Below, one piece after another: positions 27,601 through 41,758 of a DNA stretch of 64,000 bases (position 1 is its first letter; each line of letters opens with the position of its first letter). The notes under the pieces were generated by a model. That model searched no databases. It was given only the letters and a program-made list of their open reading frames with translations, and was not told the DNA's origin. Both the position numbers and the translations under genes were made by a program. Where the stretch lies: the NCBI GenBank assembly GCA_009914755.4, contig CP068257.2, forward strand, positions 25,248,001 through 25,312,000, written 5' to 3'. This DNA comes from the human T2T-CHM13v2.0 reference genome, Homo sapiens.

Positions 27601-30600
27601 GGGCATGGAGAGAAATTTGTGGTAGAAAGTTTGTGGGGTGATTACCACAGGGCCTAACTCAATGAGATGTTGAACAAATCTTAGCTATATTTTGATAGCT
27701 AGTGTGTATGTATATATTATACCATCTTTTTAAAAATATAGATGTTTTAAATCATTTCTTTAAAAGCATACATCCTCCTAAGGAGAAAATTTAAAGTACC
27801 GCCATTCTACAATACTGTTTGATAGGGAAATTCAGCATTTGAAATGTACGCTAAAAAGTAATGATTCCAGGTTTAAAAAGAATTAATGCTCCTAGGAAGC
27901 TTAATGTTATAAATGTTATAAAATAGACTTTTGCTAGTCAATTTCAGGTTGTTTTTTTTTTTTAAATTTCTATGCTTGCATTATTATCTCAACTCTTTAA
28001 CTTTGTATCTGGACTAAGTTTAGACATAAAAATTAAAAATGAAGCAGTAGATTATGTTGCTTGCTGTTTCTAATTTAACACCAGAATTTTAATAGTATGC
28101 AATCTTCAAGGGTTGGTAGTCTGGTAAAAACTTGAAGCAATAGTTTCATAGAACTTTAACTAAGATAAAGTATTAATTGTCTATGCCAAAGAGGGTGAGC
28201 AATGATAGAGATTATAAAGAGCCTAGGGCTTCCCTGAGACCCAGCTTGGTGCTACCACTGTTAAGAGAAAATTAAAAATAAATGAACAATAGTTTCCAAC
28301 TCTAAAACATATTATATGCAGTACATACTTTAACCTAGTTTACAATTTATATTTATTATGCCCACTGAACCCACAAAAGCAGTGTTTAATTTTACAGTTT
28401 AAAGTCACACATAGGGAAATGCTTTACAAAATAGGATATTGTTCCTCAATGAAAATATTACAGTATAGGTCCCAAACGGCTCAGTTCAAGTCTTTTACCT
28501 GAATAACAGAGCTGTTGTGGAATGCAGGCTACAAGACACAGTAATGCTTTAAATAGTTGATTAAGATTTGAAGGTTGCCAAAGCTGAGAGACATTTTAAA
28601 CAAGACCCGTCTTAGTTTTCCAAGATTTTTGGTTTTTCAACTGCATTATATACCATTGCTTCTGGAAAATTGAGGGTAATAAGCAGCGTACATTTTACAT
28701 CTTATATACAGTATGTAAATCTTCAATGATTTTCTCTACCATCAAAGCAAGTTTCAAGGTTTAAAAATCTGTTATACGTACTTAGGTTTATTACTTGACT
28801 TTACTCACAGACTCTAATATAGAAACCAAATATTTATGCAATTGCTTCTATCAAATGCAACATATTTCTTCAGTCTATTTAGTTATCTGCAAAGTCTATT
28901 TACAAAGCATATGTATGATTTCCTCTGACTAATAGGTCATACAAATACGTAAGTAGTGTTTTTCAACTCGTAATTGTAGCAAGATGAGCCATCAAGGTTT
29001 ACGTTGTGCCTGAGTGTATAATGCAAAAATACCATCCAGAGATTATATATTTCTTAATCAAAAGTCTAGCTTTACAAAGTCACATACAGTGTGTTCTTCT
29101 ATTGTAAATATACTCTCAGTATAGGTAGACGTGTTTCTAATATATTGTGAGTTGTTAAAGAAAAGGCTGAGATATAGTCACCAAGTGTTTACCAATAACA
29201 TAAATTATTGCAAAGCTTGAAAAAAAATCAGGCCAAATATACACGACAGTTTGAATGGAATGCTGAGGACTTAGTGAATGCTGAAATATGACTCATCTAA
29301 AAGTCTGCTACTCCGGCCTGATGCTCCTCAAATTTTAATGACCCCTTAAATGTCCTCAGATGCACATGCAGTTTACGTCACTGACCACTGTTGGTCAAAA
29401 CAATCATTGGATGTGCTTATTTTTCAAATTTTGAGTATCAAGTTGTGCCCTACCGTGACACAAAGCTTAGAGGTCTTTCTTGCAAACTGTAAAATCATGT
29501 AGAAAAATAGTAACTCAAAAATACCACATTTGACAGTCGGTCACGAAAGATGTTAGCACCTCAATAAAAATTAGAATTGTTCATTGGGTGTGCCAAAGGA
29601 AAGTGGAAAAAAATTAAAAAGCATGCCCTGTTTTTTATTTGTTTTTTTTTTTTTTCCTACAAATCACAGTTTTCCTCACAGTGTTAGACTTTTAGGTCAC
29701 TCTGATGTAGCAGTACCTTACAGGATGAGGGGCCACTGCTCGTTTTTTCCATTTGACCTTTACAGTCCACATGGTCCAGTTAGTTGAAGCCACAAAATAA
29801 AGACCAGAGACAGCAAAATTATTGCTAATGTGCAACTATATTAGTAGAATGCAATTAACTGGGCTAACTAATGTGTATGTTAATGTCTTTTTTTTTTTCA
29901 AAACCAACATCATCTAACAACATATTCTTTTAGTTTTTCCATAAAACCTGCATTGAGAATGATATCATAGCCCCAGGCAGGCATTTACCAGACTGAATGT
30001 TTTGCTGATCTGAACACTACCTGTATTCCAATTTTTTGGCTAATGCATGGTTTTGTATTTCAATATGTTCTCATACATTAAATAAATGAAACACAATTAT
30101 ACATTATAGAGTTTATATGCATCATGATGATATAATTTGAGAAATTATCTCTATAGATTATGCTAACAAAGGATTCTTAGGAAGATTTTTCAATGTACTA
30201 GCCAGTTAAGTTGATCTATCTGTTTGATAACCTAAAACTATAGATTGTTGGCAAATGAGAAAAATAATAGGGAAAACATACAAGTTCCTTTTCTGTGTGT
30301 CTAAATGATACATTGTCTTGAATTTGGTTCTATTAAAGCTTTAAATGACCATTTCTGTACACATGGCTATTTCATTTATTTAGTAGTTTTGAAATGTTAG
30401 CAAATATAAGGTATTTGTAAAGCATCTTTCATTATAAAGAGATTAGTAATATTCACCAATCATGCCAATGAGATTATACACTCTGCCAAAGACTACTAGA
30501 AAAATTTGATCATTATTAAATTCAATGTTATTTGACAGTGTGAACTCTATGTAACAGCACAAATTCTGGACTTTGAATCTGGCTGCTGTCCTCACCTGAA

Positions 30601-33600
30601 CCATTAAAATGACCTTGTTAACAAGGAAGGAATCAATGGGGAAATATCACAACCAGAGATTGGCTGTGTGTCCAAGGGTGCTTTGTCTTGTTGCCAGGAT
30701 CAGACTGTGAAATCACAGAGGCAAGCTGATGTCATCAGAGGTGACTCTGCCTATTTCAAGTCCTATAATCACCCCATGGGATTCAACAGCAGTAGGAAAA
30801 CATCACATTCTCTTAATGGACACCCCATATTTGTAGAAACAGTTATGACTATTAGCATTTGTTATACAAACCCAATCTATTTGTGCTCATCTGTAGAATC
30901 CTACAGACACTAGAGACTAAATGATATTAATTTTAGGAGGTGTTTCTAAAGGAGAAACAGACAACATTTGGTTTTATTATCGTTTGTATCCCTCAGAAGT
31001 TGTGTGTAGACAACTTTCATCTAATACATCAATATCGACTTGTCCAAGTTTCTCGATGAAGTGAAAGGATCTGATTATTGGCTGTGTCTTAGCGTCTGTA
31101 GGAAGCTTCTAGGCTATTTGTGTACCCAAATTTAAAACTTGCACCTTGTTTCATTGAATAAGTGTTTTTCTTATTTGTGACTTGGAAAAATTAGTGTTAA
31201 TGTGATGTAAAAGACCTATTATCATAGGCACAAGTAATGAACACTATTGGTCATGACAGATTAAAATTTCCTTGGAAAGAAAAATGATAGTATCAGAATA
31301 AGAATACATGAGGAATATATACATATACACCTGCTTCACACAGAAAGCTTTCTGTAAAAAAATACAAAAGCAACCAGTGCTGTATATTATGTAAACTCAC
31401 AAAGTGTAAAAGTGTACTTTATACACAAACATGAAGCATAAATTAAAAAGTAGGACAACAGCAAAACATTTTAAATATAGAAAAATTTGAACATATTTTT
31501 GTTAAATAAGAATAAATAATTTTATCACACAAATTCACATACCAGTTGCAAAAACAATAAATTACTTTTTTTCAGTGCTGCAACTTTTTTTTTGTTTGTG
31601 ATTTATCCCCTAATTCCTAGTTTAGTGGGATAAAACTGTTTCCACAGGAAGGCAAAGGAACATAAATTTATTGAATAAATTATAACAATGCCCACATATT
31701 TCTAAACAGCAAGGCAGGGCTTAATTTAAATTTTTCTGATCTAGAAGAAATAAATGTCATTTTTTCTGGCTCCCTTTGTACTTAATAAAACTTATTATGG
31801 AGTGCTTAGTTATGTAAGTGAGATTAGATTCTTACAAACCTGAGCATTTTCAGACGAATTCTTTTTTTTTTTTTTTTTTTAAAGAAGTAGCCCCTAGCAT
31901 CCTGAATTCTAGACATTTTAAAAAATTCAAGATGCAACAATGGAAAGGTGAAAGACAGTACGAAGTCAAAGTGGACTGACTTAGATTGAGTTGTATAGAA
32001 TTTTCCCTTTGTTCACAATTCGTGGTATCTATTGAACACTCCATTTCTCTGAATTTCAGTTTCCAATCCATATCATCTTCTCCAGGAATTTAGACATACA
32101 TTCCTCAGTCAATCTAGTGAGACTCATAAGAAAAAGGTGGAGAAAACTACTTAAAAGCATGGAATAGTGGTTTAATTGCTCTGAGCTCTCTAGGATTGTT
32201 TCCATGACAGGTGTAAACCATCACTATTTGAGGGAAACATGAATCATTGATAAACCATATTAAAAATGTATGAGTATAGTAAGAGAAGCAGAGTAGGAGA
32301 CAACTACATTTATGCCTCGAGTATTTTTTAATGTTGTTGGGAATATAACCACAAAAAATAAAAATAAATTTTGTCACATTTGAGTTACTTGATTAAAATT
32401 ATTTCCAAAATGGAAAAAAGTAACATTAACCTCTCTCCTAATTCTCTTTGCACAGACAAATGGCACTGGGATTATTATTTTTTTTCTCACCTATTTAACT
32501 AGGTTTGCTTTCTGCCCTTGGCATTGGGTGATCTCCATCACATATAGGTTATCAGCCTTGTACAGGCCTCATTTCTCAAAGTGATAATTTATTAAGAAAA
32601 AAAATTTCTACGTCGAAAGCAAAGTCAGTCTATGAAAATTCAAAGGATAATTATTGGTTTTGTAAAACAATTATTTGTTTTAAAAGCAATTTCTTAAGAA
32701 AATACTGAAAACAGCAAGACATCTATTTTCCTGGCCCACTGAAATGATGTAATATAGTGATCAGTTACATAATTCTTTTATATTAAAAACATCTTATAAT
32801 AAAAATAAACTCTCATGAGCTTGTAGAACTCAAACAGTGGTTCCCTAAGATCTTCACATGCAAATCTTTAACAATAGGCACATTTGGCAGGATTACTATG
32901 AATTTTTATAAAGAAAAATTGGCTTTGCAGTGTTTCACAACAAAAGAAATCCCAATGAAATCAAACAACTTAGATTTTCTAAGTTGTGAGGTTGGTGATG
33001 GGGGGGTGTACATTTTATCATCTAAAAAGATATCTTTAGGTGTGTGCTTATAAAATAATTTCCATGTCTAACTATTCAAACTTACAACCTACTTAAACAG
33101 GCTATGGAAACAAAAACAACAACTTTCTGAAAATCATCACATGTCATCACTCAAACACTTACGGGTACAATCAAGTGCTTTCCAGTTGGGAAAAATATTT
33201 AGTACAATAGGAATATACTTAGATTTTTTAAATTAAGAAATTATTGCCTATGGTGTGGAAACAGTCTTATTAATATTAACCACTTTTTGGCATTAACCAC
33301 ATTAACAATGATAACCACTTCTCAATGTGGCTAACTACCAAGTGATCTTTAATGTTTCTAATAAAATAAGTCAAGAAATACAAAACATTGTAGGTCTTAC
33401 TGAACCCTTGAACAAAACAAATAAGCAAACACAAACGCATTTTAAAGGCTTGCTGGTAGGAGGTATACCAGTGTTGAATGTGTTGGACATGATAGAAAAC
33501 TTGCTGTGTGTTTTGTACGTATATCATACATTGTGAGATATCAGATGAAAGCTCTGGAGAGAGAAAGTAGTTGTGAAAATATAAATTGAAAACACAGTGA

Positions 33601-34472
33601 AATACGATTTTTTTCCTTTTAAATTTCCAACACAAGGAAACTAGTTTTTAGACTCTTGAGTATGATCACACACACACACGCAAACCCTACTTCTACATCT
33701 GAAATTATGCATTAATTTGGCTAGCTACCTGAAAAAAATACAGGCAGTCAAAGGTTTTAAGTAAATGAACCCGTGTATGTATTTAAGTGACTAGATACAC
33801 TGAGATCTATTTACTTTTCAAAATTTCTCAGAAGATACTTGCTGTCAAAATGGTTTTTTGACTGAAATTTTATCTCCTGTAGTCAGAAAATATACTACAT
33901 CTTATTAAAACAGCAGCAAGTTCTTAATTTCCAGTAAAATATCCACAGCTCTTTCTGGAAACGGAAGGAAGTTGAAATAGCTGCAGACCTACTTTGGTCA
34001 AACACTTTTTTTATAGAAATATATATGGATATTTTAATAGAACCAGGGGATATAAAGTGACATACCAAGGGAGAATGTATTTACAAACAGTAAGAAGAAG
34101 CTACTGTGTATTATGGGTGAAAATGATTATGATACCATTAAAGACATTCTATCAGAGGTAGGTGACAAGGGGGAGACAGTTCTGCCATCTTCAAATGTCC
34201 CCTGATTTTACATTCATCAGTGTTTCTTGTAATCCCAGGGGATGTTCAATAACTCCCAAGTTTTTCTATATTGCAAGGTCACCACTGTCACGTGAAGCAG
34301 TGCACATCCTCTTTTGGTCACAGAGAGCAGATTCTGCCCATAATTGGACTCCTGTTGACAATGTCACTGAAGCATGACTTTCTGTGCGTTAGGTAGACCT
34401 CCTGTTCACCACGACTGCATCGGTGCTGAATCCTCCAGTTATCTTTGTGCATAAGATCATAACCACAGGCTA

Positions 34473-35037
34473 ACATTTCTTCAACAAGCATTGCTTAAAC
34501 GCAGAAGGCCTTTGGGAGAGAGGACATCCTTTTGCTAACTTCCGGTTTCCATCCTGGCACTGCACCGTTCTGGTGTGCCAACCTGTGTCACAGGTCCTAG
34601 AGCAGGCGAGCCATGGGCCCGTGACCCACTGCGGCTGCGAAGTGTGTGATCCCACTTTATTGCTGCCATGACTAGTGACAGAGTTTACTTTTGGAGTGGA
34701 CTTCTTGGGAACAAAAAAGCTATAACGGACATCTAATGGTTTAGTGGGGTCTGTTGCAAGAATCTGCACTATTAGAATTTCCTTCGTGGCAGAGTAGCCC
34801 ATGCCATGCAGGAAGTCATCCCTGTGGCTCCAACCGCTATAGTTCATGACTGTTCCATTGATGTCAATGATAGTCTCTGAAGTGGAGATCATGTACTTTC
34901 CATTGATAAGGTACTCACCGTTTTTCTTTTTCAGGGCTAAATAGGCAGTGAATCTAGTCTGGTCTTTGGCTTTGAACTGTCGAACTTTTATGTGGGTTGC
35001 CCCTTCAGGAATCCTCACCACGTCAGTGTAACCCTTA
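34473..35037 (-). CDS. ADAMTS exon (565 nt) for the spacer domain plus a complete second TSP1 repeat: (S)KGYTDVVRIPEGATHIKVRQFKAKDQTRFTAYLALKKKNGEYLINGKYMISTSETIIDINGTVMNYSGWSHRDDFLHGMGYSATKEILIVQILATDPTKPLDVRYSFFVPKKSTPKVNSVTSHGSNKVGSHTSQPQWVTGPWLACSRTCDTGWHTRTVQCQDGNRKLAKGCPLSQRPSAFKQCLLKKC. An in-frame TAG follows at 34472-34470.
   Basis: The acceptor is cttcctgtgaacattcctacttccag|T, with AG at 35039-35038. The first nucleotide completes AG+T, which is Ser, from the previous exon. The sequence is collinear with the ADAMTS1 spacer GYHDIITIPTGATNIEVKQ...YSGS...KYTYFV, followed by a W..W..CS.TC..G TSR. The 5' boundary is secure. The 3' boundary is uncertain: it is either the stop at 34472-34470 or a weak donor AAAT|GTTAGC at 34474. 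Confidence 0.75.
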
Positions 35038-36467
35038 CTGGAAGTAGGAATGTTCACAGGAAGTGGGGGAAGGTGGTTAAAAAAAGGGAGAAAAAAATGA
35101 GTAAACACTTAACAAATAAATACACAAACAGAAGTTCTCTAAAAAGTCTTCTCTTAACACACAGTTTTAATGGATTAGTTTAAAATTGGGTTTAAAAATT
35201 ATTTTTTATGAGAAAATTGCAATTATACTACAGTATTGTATACACTTTAATTGAGGTGTTCAAAATTAGGATGATGCTAGCAACCTGCCTTCATTTAAAA
35301 CATTTATACTAACTTTCAAGATTTATACAACCATTTTCATCCTTATCAGATCCTATCATCTTTACAAATCTACTTTCCATTCTTTCTGGCACAAAATGGG
35401 ATCTGTTTAAACACAAACTGACAAAAATATGCCTTCACTTAATCTCACATAATTCTTTAATATTTCTCAGATTGCTTCCACATTAGAATCACGTGGGGAT
35501 CTTTTAAATCTTTCAGAGCCTACCCACACCTCAGACCAATTAAATCCCCATCTTCCAGGGTCGGGCACAGTCAAGAGCACTTTTGAAACTTCTCACATTG
35601 TTCCAATGTGCAGACTAACTTGGGAACACAGAATTAATTAGTTTTTGGACTAGAGGTGAGTAGAGTCTCTGCATTCCTTTCTACTAGAATTCTGGATTTG
35701 GTGGGACAGGCCATAAATGAAGCATGCAATTCTGAAATTGGGTAATGATATTACTAATACCATCATAAAAGGGGAATTTTTTTAAATGACTTAGAGAATT
35801 TTTCTGAATTCTTAGTGCCCATAAGATACGATAGATTGAGAAAGGCTTTATGGTGAGTGACATATAAGTCTTCAAAGAGCCATCATCTGGACAAAAAAAT
35901 GGGGAAAGACACAAATATCTTTAATACCCATAAACCTGTGAGGAATGCTAGGATGGAAATGCTAATTAAGCACCAAGGGTGAAATGACGAGTCAACTTTT
36001 GTCCACATTTTTGCCTTTTTAAGTAATTTCATAATAGGGTCCCTTCACTTTCCTAGTTATTTAAACAGGAATACTATTGGCTTGAGCAGTTTGACTGACG
36101 TGTGGAGCTGAACTGTCTCATTTCCAGTTCTCATTCACATGCTAAAGATCCAAGTGTGTTTCCCTTACTCCAGAGTTTCCTCTGAATTGGAAAGGAAGCT
36201 TATCGCCAAGGAAGTCCCCTGTCTGCAGGGCAATCTGTTCTACAGTGACAGCCACACAGGTGGTAAAGCTTCCTACAGTGTTGAAGAGAGATGATGCAAT
36301 GCTCAGGGCGTTCCTTATTCTGTCTAACTCGATTCATTATTTTTATTTTTGTAATACATTACAGATCAGATTTTGTTACAGATGTGTTTTGTAGTACCTA
36401 ATATTAATAAATAATCCATGAAACTATAGTGGCTTCAAAGAAAGTCAAAAGGGATGTTGGAGAATTC

Positions 36468-36680
36468 CTCGAGGTCAGGAGTTTAAGAGCAGCCTGGGAA
36501 ATACAGGGGAGGCCTTGTCTCTACAAAAAGTAAAAGAGTTAGCCAGGGATGGTGGCGCATGCCTATGGTCCTAGCTACTGGCAAGGCTGAAGTGGGAGGA
36601 TCGCTTTAGCCCAGGTCTTGGCTGCAGTGAGTGCACCACTGCACTCCAGCCCGAGTAACAGAATGAGATCCTGTCTAAAC
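36468..36680 (+). mobile_element. 5'-truncated Alu.
   Basis: It runs gaggtcaggagtttaagagcagcctgggaaatacagg...agccagggatggtggcgcatgcctatggtcctagctactggcaaggctgaagtgggaggatcgc...ccactgcactccagcccgagtaacagaatgagatcctgtct. Confidence 0.85.
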
Positions 36681-36802
36681 AGAAGGTAGTTGGAGATAAA
36701 TATAACATCTTACACAAAAAGAGTATGAAATGGGGATATATGACAGTATTTGAACAAGTTCACTTTAGAGCTGATTAGTGGCAGTGTTAGGCTTAAAAGC
36801 CA

Positions 36803-37103
36803 GGCTTGGCTGGATGCCGTGGCTCACACCTGTAATCCCAGCACTTTGGGAGACTGAGGCAAGGGGATCACCTGAGGACAGGAGTTCCTGACCAGCCTGG
36901 CAAACATAGGGAAACCCTGTCTGTACTAAAAATACAAAAAGTAGCTGGGCATGGTGGCCCGTGCCTCTAATCCCAGCTATGCTGGAGGCTGAGGCAGGAG
37001 AATCGCTTGAACCTGGGAGGCAGAGGTTGCAGTGAGCCAAGATGGTGTTATTCCAGCCTGGGCAACAGAGTGAGACCCTGTCTTAAAAAAAAAAAAAAAA
37101 AAA
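36803..37103 (+). mobile_element. Full-length Alu with a poly-A tail.
   Basis: It runs ggctggatgccgtggctcacacctgtaatcccagcactttgggagactgaggc...gcaacagagtgagaccctgtcttaaaaaaaaaaaaaaaaaaa. Confidence 0.95.
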
Positions 37104-38997
37104 GCCAGGCTCTTGACTCCCAATTAGCGCTCTTTTTCACTATGTCCCCAGGCATAAAATCCTGACCCCTGCCAGCCATATGTTATAGCAGTTAAATGAA
37201 ATTAAATTCTGGTTATGTGCAGAGTTTAAATGATGCCCAGTAAGGAGTAAGTAAAATAAAGAATAAAGGGTAAGGGAAGCTTTTTTGGGTGTTTACCCTT
37301 GTTCCTTAGAGCTTATCTCATCTTGATGAGAATTAGTATGATGGTCAGTATTGCTGCAGGTCTTCAAACTGAGTTTCACAAGCACTAGTAAACCTGAGTA
37401 TTAGTGCCCTGATTTTTTAGTGCCTTAGTAAGAGATGATTCTCTTGATATTCCTGATTCCTTTTCTTTACATCCTGCTTGGTATCATTTAAACTCCAGAC
37501 ACTAACCAGCTTTCCCGACTACCATAAGTGAATGCAATTTTCATACAACTCTTACAAAGTATGGCTGGCAGGGCAAAGGAATCTTGTTTTGTTCAGGGCT
37601 ATCTGCACAGTGCCAAGGACAATGTCTGTCATGAAAAAATATATTCATTTATATTCAAGCATGCTCTCAGGGAAGGGATGTTTTAGTCCGCTCCCAGCAA
37701 ACAAAATATGTGGTGATATCAATTGATAAGAGCTGTGAAGAAACGGAGTAAGGTAAGAAGTTGCACAGTAGTGGTGGGAGTGGAGGAGATGTCCTCTTGT
37801 ACATTTACGGTAGCCTCCATCTGGGGAGGTGATATTTGACAGAGACCTAAAGAGATTCTGGAAAGTGTACTGCTCATTAATAGCAGAAAGTGTTCCAGGC
37901 AGAGGAAACAGCATTCTCATACCTGGTGTCATGTTTTTGAAGTGCAAGAAAGTGCATTCTGGTCAGAGCAGAGCATGAGAAAGGGACAGTGTAGAAAAGA
38001 CATAGAGGAGGGAAGGGGCCAGATCTTTTAGCACCTTAGAGATTACAAAACAGTCTTGGGTATTGAGTCTAAGTAAGATGGAAGCCACTGGAGGCTACTG
38101 ATCAAAGGAATGCAATGATCTGGTTTAGGTAATAGCCATGGCTTCCCTTGCTTGGTAAGATGAGATTGAGGAGCAAAGGATCCAGAGGTCAGCGAGAAGA
38201 CTGCAGTGTTAGTCCAGGCAAGATCTGATGAACACTTGGATTGCGGTGGGAGCGGTCACGGTGGTGAGGGGCACCCAGATTCTGGAGATGTGGTGGAAAT
38301 AGAACTGACAGGATCTGCTGATGGATGGATGTGGGGTGTGAGAGAAAATGAGACGTGAACCATGCCTCCAAAGTTTTGGCCTCAATAGTAGAAAGACTGA
38401 GTTGCCATTTACTGAGATGAGGAAAACTGAGGGAGGAGCGAGTTAAGATTAGGGTCATATTGTGAATGGGCTTAAAATTGATGAAATATTTTAATATGTA
38501 TTACCTCATTTCACCTTCACAACAGTTTTATTAACCATATGATAATAATTACCAGTATTTCCACTTTACTTTTGAGAAATCTCCTGGTAAAGAAATTAGG
38601 TGACAATTCAAAGATCACATGTCTAAGGAATCATTGAGCCAAAGCTTGATTACAAATATTGCAGTATGAGATCAATGTTCTTTTTCATAAATCATATAAA
38701 TTACTATGGCCTCCCTAGGTAATTAATTTGAACTACTCAAACATGTCATTTGTACCATAGTAGAATCTTGGTCAAACCAATTTTCAGGTGGTTACATTGC
38801 ATACCACTTGTTGCTATAATGAATTTCTTCTTTTTCATGTGAAAAAATGTGCAGATATTAGTTGTCAGCACAAAAATACTTAAAATGCTAAATTTAGCAA
38901 TTTTAAAACTGGTTTATAACTTTATATAGAAGAGAATATGTACCATAAAGTGTATAAGGTATTACTTTTTAAAAGTAGTTTTGTTTCTAATTTGATT

Positions 38998-39167
38998 CCT
39001 GAATTCCCTCTCTCCCTCCTTTCCTTTTTCTTTCCTTCCTTCCTCTTTCTTTCTTTCTCTTTCCTTTGTCTTTCTTTCTCTTTCTTTCTTTCTTTTTCTT
39101 TCTTTCTCTCTCTCTCTTTCTTTCTTTCTCTCTTTCTTCTATCTCTCTTTCTTCTTTTTTTTTTCAA
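38998..39167. repeat. Long (CTTT)n/(CT)n polypyrimidine microsatellite of about 170 bp.
   Basis: It reads ccctctctccctcctttcctttttctttccttccttcctctttctttctttctctttcctttgtctttctttctctttctttctttctttttctttctttctctctctctctttctttctttctctctttcttc...tttttttttt. The Lys/Arg/Glu-rich ORFs at 38922..39167 and 38938..39186 are translation artefacts of this tract. Confidence 0.95.
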
Positions 39168-40298
39168 AGTGACCTGTGTATTCTAGGATTTCAGTTATGG
39201 TGTCTGCTCTTCTCTGGCATTCATCAGCCATGGATAATTGGCTAACTCCTATATTTTCAGAGTCCAACTCATTTTTAAAACAGAAGGTTGGACTGATCAT
39301 CTCCAAGGTGTTTTATACCTTTGAAACATATAAAAATGCAGGATATAATTGGGCATGCAGGGTTTTTGACATAGATGGTCTAACACAATTAGGTGAATAA
39401 TTATTTCATTAGCAAATAGAATTAGTAACGCATATTTTAACTCAGAATAAATTTTTCAGCCATATATTTTCAAATCACATCAGAGAAAATTTATAGTTTT
39501 TTACATTAACATGTTTAATTATTTTAATAAATCCTATTGTTAATTTCGTTTGCATATTACTCTCAAGTTACAGACAACACAGCACGTACATCAAGAATAC
39601 AGATACATTTGACTAATAACACTCAGCCTAAGAGTGGTTTGGGAAGAAAAGCAAGCCTGTATTTTACCAGACTCTAGTCAACTCAGTCATCCTACCTGAT
39701 AGCATATTTTATGCCGGAAATTGGTACTTCATAAACTTGAATATTTAAAGCAAAAATCTAGGACCATAAGAGGAAGCAGGAGAGAGACACTGCTGTATAT
39801 ATTTCTTTAGAGAGTAGATATAAACCAGGATACTTCACTGTTGCCCACACCATTGCAATGAACTTACATTTTGCAAGGGGAAATATTTTCTTAAGGAAAA
39901 CACAGTGTAAGGATAATTTGTTTTTAAAAATATAGTTAAGATCAAAACCAACCAACCTTCCCTAAATTATGTTTTAGGAATAACACTAGATCTGCAAGAT
40001 ATCACTAAAGTGGAATGTCCCCCACTTTTTCTTTTCAGTTTTCTGACTCTACAAGCTATTGATTCCCATGGCTACTGCAGTTTATCTGCTTCCAGAGGCG
40101 GCATGAGTTTTCCCTGAGCAACCAGAGTTTTATTCATCTCCTGTCTCTTCCTTCTCATATTTAAAATGTGTTTCTAGAGCCACGTTAGACCTCCTCATAC
40201 AGATAGCTTATGATGTAATATGAATCCTCCTTTATCAATTTTGCAAGAGTCTAAAGCTTTGTTCAATTCACATAAAGACAAAGGTTCTATCATATTAC

Positions 40299-40474
40299 CT
40301 TTTCTTATTAAAGGTTCCAACAATCTTTGTACAGCTGGAGTTGTCTCCTCCACATACTCCGCACTTGTCATACTGCAGCTTTGAGCCAATGATGCCGTCA
40401 CAGCCAGTTCTCACACACTTCCCCCGGACGCAGACGGAATTACTGTACGGCCTACATTCAGTGCCATCGGTCAC
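40299..40474 (-). CDS. ADAMTS exon (176 nt) for the second part of the cysteine-rich domain: [58 protein letters not shown](S).
   Basis: The acceptor is atgattcag|GTG, with AG at 40476-40475. The donor is AAA AG|GTAATA, with GT at 40298-40297. It carries the hallmark ADAMTS motif [13 protein letters not shown], and ADAMTS1 has [14 protein letters not shown] at the same place. Confidence 0.9.
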
Positions 40475-41449
40475 CTGAATCATGGCAAATGCATTAGGAG
40501 TGGGAAATGTTTGCATCAGTATTTGCTCCTTTGGTCAACTAGTAAGTTCTCATTTGTGATTTTTTGAGTTTGATTGGTATGGACAGTCCATTGAAAAAAA
40601 AAAAAAGCCAAAAAAACATAGTTTCCAGAAGTAGCTAACTGAAAAATCCTTGGCATATTGCCAGAAAGCAGATTTTGGATAAGCCTAGGTTACACATTTT
40701 CTCTCTTAACCTTACCTCTGAATGTGTTAAGAGACACAAGGTACTCATCTTCGTTTTTGTATGCATAATACATTCTCACTAGAAGTAATCTTTTCACTTA
40801 GTGTTTCAGACTATCATTTGTGTGCAGAACTGAATATGAGCAGGCTTGAGAATGCAAAGATCCTTCTTTGTTGCATAGTTGTTATTATAATGACAAATTT
40901 GAAAATCTAAACTTGACATTCAAAACTGTGTCATGGTTGGAGAGCATTCCCTATTGTGTGTTGAACTGTCAGACACTGAAATCGACACAACCAAATTAGT
41001 ACAGAAAAAGGAGTCTGGGGAAGTTAGATGAACGGACTTACTGGAAGAGACTGAATATATTTTGAATAAACGGATTAGTGTATAGTTTAAAAGCTAGTTA
41101 TAAAACAGTGTGTATATAGATTGTGGCTTGTGCATGTGAGTATATGTAATATATATACACTCATATATATAAATAAGCCTGTAAATTTTATATTTATGTA
41201 TATAGAAAACTCTTTTTATGCATGTGTATGAGTATGTTGTGAATGCGTGTGTGTGTGAGTTGAAGTAGAATATACTTTATCAGGTTAATAGCTCTGTAGA
41301 TGGTGGTATTTTCAGGTGATTTTTATGTTTTTACTTCTGTGTAATATTTTTGAATGAAAATGCATTATTTTCTAATAAAAACATGAGCTTTAAAAAATTT
41401 CATAAATTGACATTAGCTTGTTTTTCAATAACATATTATAAATATCTGA

Positions 41450-41758
<309 letters not shown>

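Noticed and set aside
38922-39186. Highly charged Lys/Arg/Glu-rich ORF (minus strand) and Phe/Leu/Ser-rich ORF (plus strand).
   Set aside because: They are translations of the (CTTT)n microsatellite and are low-complexity artefacts.
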